A stretch of DNA of 64,000 nt from Nitrospirales bacterium. Its GTDB lineage: Bacteria; Nitrospirota; Nitrospiria; Nitrospirales; UBA8639. A program made the translations under genes and the position numbers. The notes under the pieces were generated by a model. The model was not told the origin of the DNA and made no database searches. It saw only the letters and a list, made by a program, of their open reading frames with translations. Shown in pieces: positions 60,062 through 64,000 of the stretch (positions are counted from its first letter, which is position 1; each line of letters starts with the position of its first letter). The stretch covers positions 576,001-640,000 of the forward strand of contig CBDBCZ010000019.1 of the NCBI GenBank assembly GCA_965203295.1, written 5' to 3'.

Positions 60062-61534
60062 ATGTCAGGTCGCGTCGTGAAGAACGTACAGACACTGATC
60101 CCAGCAATTCTGATTGTGGCGATGTTGATTGGAAATGGCCTTCATCTTCCCTCTCTGGCATCGGATAGCAATCATCCGAAGCATAGATCGAAGGGAGAAT
60201 CAACAGAGGCTAAGGCTGTTGATATCGATAGCGCCACATTCGATCCCCGTCCCCATTCTGTTTTGGTGTGGGTTCGGTCCCGAGGGACAGCCTTTGTGAA
60301 GATCCGTTACGAAGAAGCTGAAAGTAAGACCTCAGGCAACGCCCAGTCATCTGGTACAGCCATGGTCACAATTCGACCAGATCACGATTTTACTGGGGTA
60401 ACTCGACTCACGGGATTACAATCCGGGACGACCTATCATTATTTCCTCTATGCTCAAGATTCTCCTCTTATCGATTCTCGGCACTTCCCACCTCTACTGG
60501 CCACAGGACAGTTCAAGACAGCCTTGCCAGTTGCGCAACAAGGATTAGTGACTTTTGTGTGGAGTGGTGATTTGGGTGGACAAGGAAAGTGTCGACGTCC
60601 AGACACAGGGTATCAAATTTTTGAGCAGATTCAGGAAACTCACCCAGATTTTGGAATACTCGTAGGGGATTTGATTTATGCTGATAGTCCTTGCCCTTCC
60701 CCGCCCAATATTCCCGGAAATGTTTTTGTCGCCACCACTTTGGAGGGGTACCACGCGAAACACAGGTACCAACGGAACGATCCAGCGCTTCAGAGGTTCC
60801 TGGCCCATGTGCCGGTTTTCGCGGTCTGGGATGACCACGAAGTGAGGAATAATTTTTCTGGTTTAACCGATCCACGAATACCTCTTGGTCGCCAGGCCTT
60901 TTTTGACTACTGGCCGGTGGACACTCCTGCTATCAATTCTCCTGGCCTCTACCGGCGCGTTCAGTATGGTCAAGATTTAGAACTTTTTATTCTTGATACT
61001 CGCCAATTTAGAAGTCCGAACTCGGAAAAGGATGGCACGTCCAAGACGATGTTGGGGTACAAGCAGCGAGATTGGCTTATCAAAGGGCTTCAGGACTCCA
61101 CGGCAACATGGAAAGTTATTGTCAGCAGTGTGCCTCTCTCCGTACAAAAAGGCCGTCGTCACAATGACTCGTGGGCCAAGGGGAAAGATGGAACGGGCTA
61201 CCACGTTGAACGAGCCAAGATTATTGAACCCTTGTTCACAGAACGTATTCGCAATGTGGTGTGGCTTGCGACAGATGTGCATTTTGCCCAAGTTCTTGCC
61301 TATGACCCCGATGCGGATGGGATGCCAGAATTTCATGAATTTATTTGTGGACCCCTCTCCGCTAACACACCCGACCCATTAACGCTAGAACAGACGTTAA
61401 ATCCGAAGATTCTCTATGAAGCTGGTGGGTTTGAAAATTTTGGCCGAATTGAAATTGATGGTTCTTCCCTCAGATTACAAATCATCGATGAATTAGGGGT
61501 GACAAGGTATCACGTGGCGTTGCTGGCAGTTTAA
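60062..61534 (+). CDS. phoD: Alkaline phosphatase D family protein
   Basis: GDLIYAD, WDDHEV.NN, LDTRQFR, TMLG..Q..WL, WLATDVH. Confidence 0.88.
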   Translation: MSGRVVKNVQTLIPAILIVAMLIGNGLHLPSLASDSNHPKHRSKGESTEAKAVDIDSATFDPRPHSVLVWVRSRGTAFVKIRYEEAESKTSGNAQSSGTAMVTIRPDHDFTGVTRLTGLQSGTTYHYFLYAQDSPLIDSRHFPPLLATGQFKTALPVAQQGLVTFVWSGDLGGQGKCRRPDTGYQIFEQIQETHPDFGILVGDLIYADSPCPSPPNIPGNVFVATTLEGYHAKHRYQRNDPALQRFLAHVPVFAVWDDHEVRNNFSGLTDPRIPLGRQAFFDYWPVDTPAINSPGLYRRVQYGQDLELFILDTRQFRSPNSEKDGTSKTMLGYKQRDWLIKGLQDSTATWKVIVSSVPLSVQKGRRHNDSWAKGKDGTGYHVERAKIIEPLFTERIRNVVWLATDVHFAQVLAYDPDADGMPEFHEFICGPLSANTPDPLTLEQTLNPKILYEAGGFENFGRIEIDGSSLRLQIIDELGVTRYHVALLAV

Positions 61535-61717
61535 TGGGAAGCTCATTCCCCTTCTTGGACTGCGAGCTGCCTGTTCTATTCGCTAGCAAATATAGCAAAT
61601 ATAAAGACAAGGACGCTTTGCCCTCAACTTGCATTCCCATAGTGGCTCCAGCTATCGTACAGGGTCGTTCTGTGATAAGCAGAAAAGGAATTCACAAAAT
61701 AGAAAGGAGACAGTCTG

Positions 61718-62191
61718 GTGCTGACAGCAAAGGACGTATTTGAAAAATTGCAAGAAACGGCTATCGCCGCCACGGGTCCTGATGAACGGGCCCTTCAAAT
61801 TGACTATCCAGCTTTAGAAGAAAAGGTTCTCGCTGTGCTCGGCGACCGAAAAGTTGCCCTGTTGCATATCAACCAACATCTTCCAGAGGGATATGAAGAT
61901 CAGGGGCACATGAATGCCGTCATGATTACGAAAGGAAATGTTTTGTTCGACATGGTCATTGGCGACTCATATTTTCGTTATGATGTGTTTTCAGCAGGTG
62001 ACCTCGACAAAATCCAAAGCATCGATGGGGTATGGGAGGACAAGGAGAAACGCGAGGAAATATCGTTTCTCAGTCTTCGATTGATGCATGGCGATGAAGC
62101 CCACATCTTGTTGGCGTTAAATGATGAACAACGAAAAACCGTGCTAGGCATTGCTGATGCCGTGACGTCAGCGAGACACCCTGAACGGTAA
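61718..62191 (+). CDS. Hypothetical protein
   Basis: AAAGGAG RBS before GTG; 157 aa. Confidence 0.8.
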   Translation: MLTAKDVFEKLQETAIAATGPDERALQIDYPALEEKVLAVLGDRKVALLHINQHLPEGYEDQGHMNAVMITKGNVLFDMVIGDSYFRYDVFSAGDLDKIQSIDGVWEDKEKREEISFLSLRLMHGDEAHILLALNDEQRKTVLGIADAVTSARHPER

Positions 62192-62232
62192 TATCTTCTC
62201 TCTATAAACCTAACGACAGTTCCAATTGCCGA

Positions 62233-62276
62233 TACCTCTCCGTCTTCAAAGACGGGGAGGTAAGCGGCGTCTTTTT
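62233..62276 (+). terminator. Strong hairpin, probable terminator
   Basis: tacctctccgtct-tcaa-agacggggaggta; alternative aagacg/cgtctt stem followed by Ts. Confidence 0.5.
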
Positions 62277-62517
62277 CGGTTAACACAGCCCACCTCGTAG
62301 CAGAAAAAACGCTTGATGTTAAGGCGAAGACCCTTGTCACTTAACAAGCTTCCCTTGTTCAGCCAAGAAAACACAGGCTCATTCCTATCTTCCCAGACGA
62401 GTTGTTGTAGCTAGAATAAACAAATTAACTTTCTTCGGCAGATCAGATTCAGAACATCTGTGAAATATGGTGCGATCCTGTTAGGGTAACAAGCAACGTA
62501 CGTATTACTTGGGTACT

Positions 62518-63390
62518 ATGACGAATCCCATTAACGATATCCCCTAATTCTCCCAAGATGAGCTGGTGCGTTCATATTACCGTGCGCTCCATGAGTCAGT
62601 GGATTTTGTTCAGCAAAAGATCATTCCTATCCTCAGCGGTCAGCTGAATCTTTCTCAAAAAGAAGAAGCGATCCTTGGCATATTCTATCGTGTCCATGCA
62701 TTGGCGAGTTCATTGACTCGTCTTAATAAAAAGATTGATTTCAATGCAGTTGCGATCGTTGCAAGGACAATATTTGAGCTGTTGCTGGACCTCAAAATTT
62801 TAGCTTCTCCTTCGCTTTCATCTCATGATTTGAAGAAATTTCGAGTGTACGCAGAAGTTGCGCGATTTCGGAGTGCCGACAAACTTCTAAAATTTCAAGC
62901 GCTAAACCCCGGAATTGAAGAAAACGCATTTTTTAAGGGCGATTTTCGGAAACAATTTGTTGAAGCCTCAGGAAAACGAACCTCCGTTGAGTCTACGGTT
63001 GTGTCTCTGTGGGGAAAAGATAAGAACGGCAATCCGAAATGGCCGGATCATTGGATTGGCCGCAACATTCGAGAGAGAGCAAACGAATGTGGCCCCCTCT
63101 ATGAGCAAAAGTATCTCGAGATTTACTCGTTGCTGAGTTGGTACGCGCATAGTAGTAACGCTAGCTATGCTGGTTTGACAGAATCAACTTTTGAGGTAAT
63201 TTATGGGATATGCCAGAACATTTCTAGAGAGATGTACATTGAGGCATTACCACTATGTACCAAGACTTTTCCTCTGAGCGATGCGGTCGAAGGGTTTTCG
63301 CAAGTTGTAGAGTTCCTAAGAGATGCACCTCAAAAAGTTCTAATCGAGTATGGTTTGAGAAAGGCTAGAGAGACTGATCAAGGCTCATAG
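62518..63390 (+). pseudogene. DUF5677-like helical protein, cassette-like; in-frame TAA at 62545-62547 after ATG 62518 (may restart at GTG 62566)
   Basis: ARTIFE...YSLLSWYAHS motifs; AT-rich; MTNPINDIP*FSQDELVRSYY is one frame. Confidence 0.55.
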
Positions 63391-63676
63391 CCAACAAGCA
63401 TGTTGTTGGGGTCATTATTGGGGTCAGGTCTTGCAATACTACATCGTTGGAACCTGCCTAACGTTGGCCGGTAAAGTAGCCTCGCAATTAACGTAGATGA
63501 CAGAGAAGTCGTCGAATGATCATATGTACTGCTAAAATATTGGCATGATGCCAATATTTGGGCAGGAACCCAGGTCACCTGGTCTCCAAATTTTGTCACT
63601 CACCTATCCCTTCATTTCCTAAAATTCATCATAAATACAATCACTTCGAACGCAGAAAGAGGGGCCAATGTCGTTT

Positions 63677-63691
63677 TGGCATGCCGGTTGC
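63677..63691 (+). promoter_or_regulatory. Sigma-54 promoter
   Basis: TGGCATGCCGGTTGC, near-consensus TGGCA-N6-TTGC with GG-N10-GC spacing. Confidence 0.75.
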
Positions 63692-63800
63692 TTTAGTAAA
63701 TACATATAACGAGAGGAAAAGAAAACGGGAAGAAGATATGAAAAATCAGATGGAAAAACCAAACGAAACAGACCACGAGTCAAAAAAGGAGGAAGCCACC

Positions 63801-64000
63801 ATGATTATGTCAACTACACAGCCATTCAGTTCTGTAGATCAAATGATGGGAACTCAGAGCACGGGGATGGGGATCGCCAACACCATGTGGTTGTCTCGTA
63901 CTCCTAGCTCGCCGATGGTCGATGACGCGCAGCAACTCCTTGAGCTGCCCCGTCGAGAGGACAAGAAGCCGGAGCAGAGCGTGAAGCGTTCTCGGGCGGT
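63801..64000 (+). CDS. 5' end of an unidentified gene running off the window
   Basis: AAGGAGG RBS before ATG 63801; frame open to the window end (also open from ATG 63738). Confidence 0.6.
   Translation, partial: MIMSTTQPFSSVDQMMGTQSTGMGIANTMWLSRTPSSPMVDDAQQLLELPRREDKKPEQSVKRSRA

Noticed and set aside
1..64000. tRNA, rRNA, prophage or CRISPR-Cas loci
   Set aside because: No cloverleaf, rRNA-like stretch, phage structural gene or repeat-spacer array was seen by eye.

Overview
Bacterial chromosomal window from a nitrite-oxidizing member of the Nitrospirota (inferred from the periplasmic, Tat-exported Nitrospira-type nxrAB pair at 4356-9154). Intact core genes include nxrA, nxrB, gcvT, a CCA-adding enzyme, shc plus an hpnN-like transporter, bamD, fabH, ispH, smc, a ferredoxin, an Sfp-type PPTase and phoD. 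An accessory zone (~12.5-39.6 kb) is visibly decaying, with broken dmpA-like, proline-racemase-family, gnd, IS200 tnpA, SpoIIAA-like, solute-binding, ppk2 and BLUF genes around a sugar-phosphate cluster (pgi, beta-PGM, GH65, ackA). Signals the ORF track does not show: (1) a fossil integron at 17.6-18.7 kb in 'inverted integrase' layout, with an IntI C-terminal remnant, an attI-like site, one whole cassette, a clear attC and a truncated second cassette; (2) an OGFOD1/Tpa1-like 2OG-Fe(II) oxygenase next to a Cys/Thr-type proline-racemase-family gene, suggesting a 3-hydroxyproline module; (3) the nxrA control region, with a tandem-duplicated sigma-54 promoter, two GTTAC-N6-GTAAC palindromes and an RBS-led 39-codon leader ORF; (4) a CCAEP-tail radical SAM plus ATP-grasp pair of unknown function; (5) several dispersed repeat/MITE families. 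All calls come from reading motifs by eye; no database search was run. No rRNA, tRNA or CRISPR array was seen.
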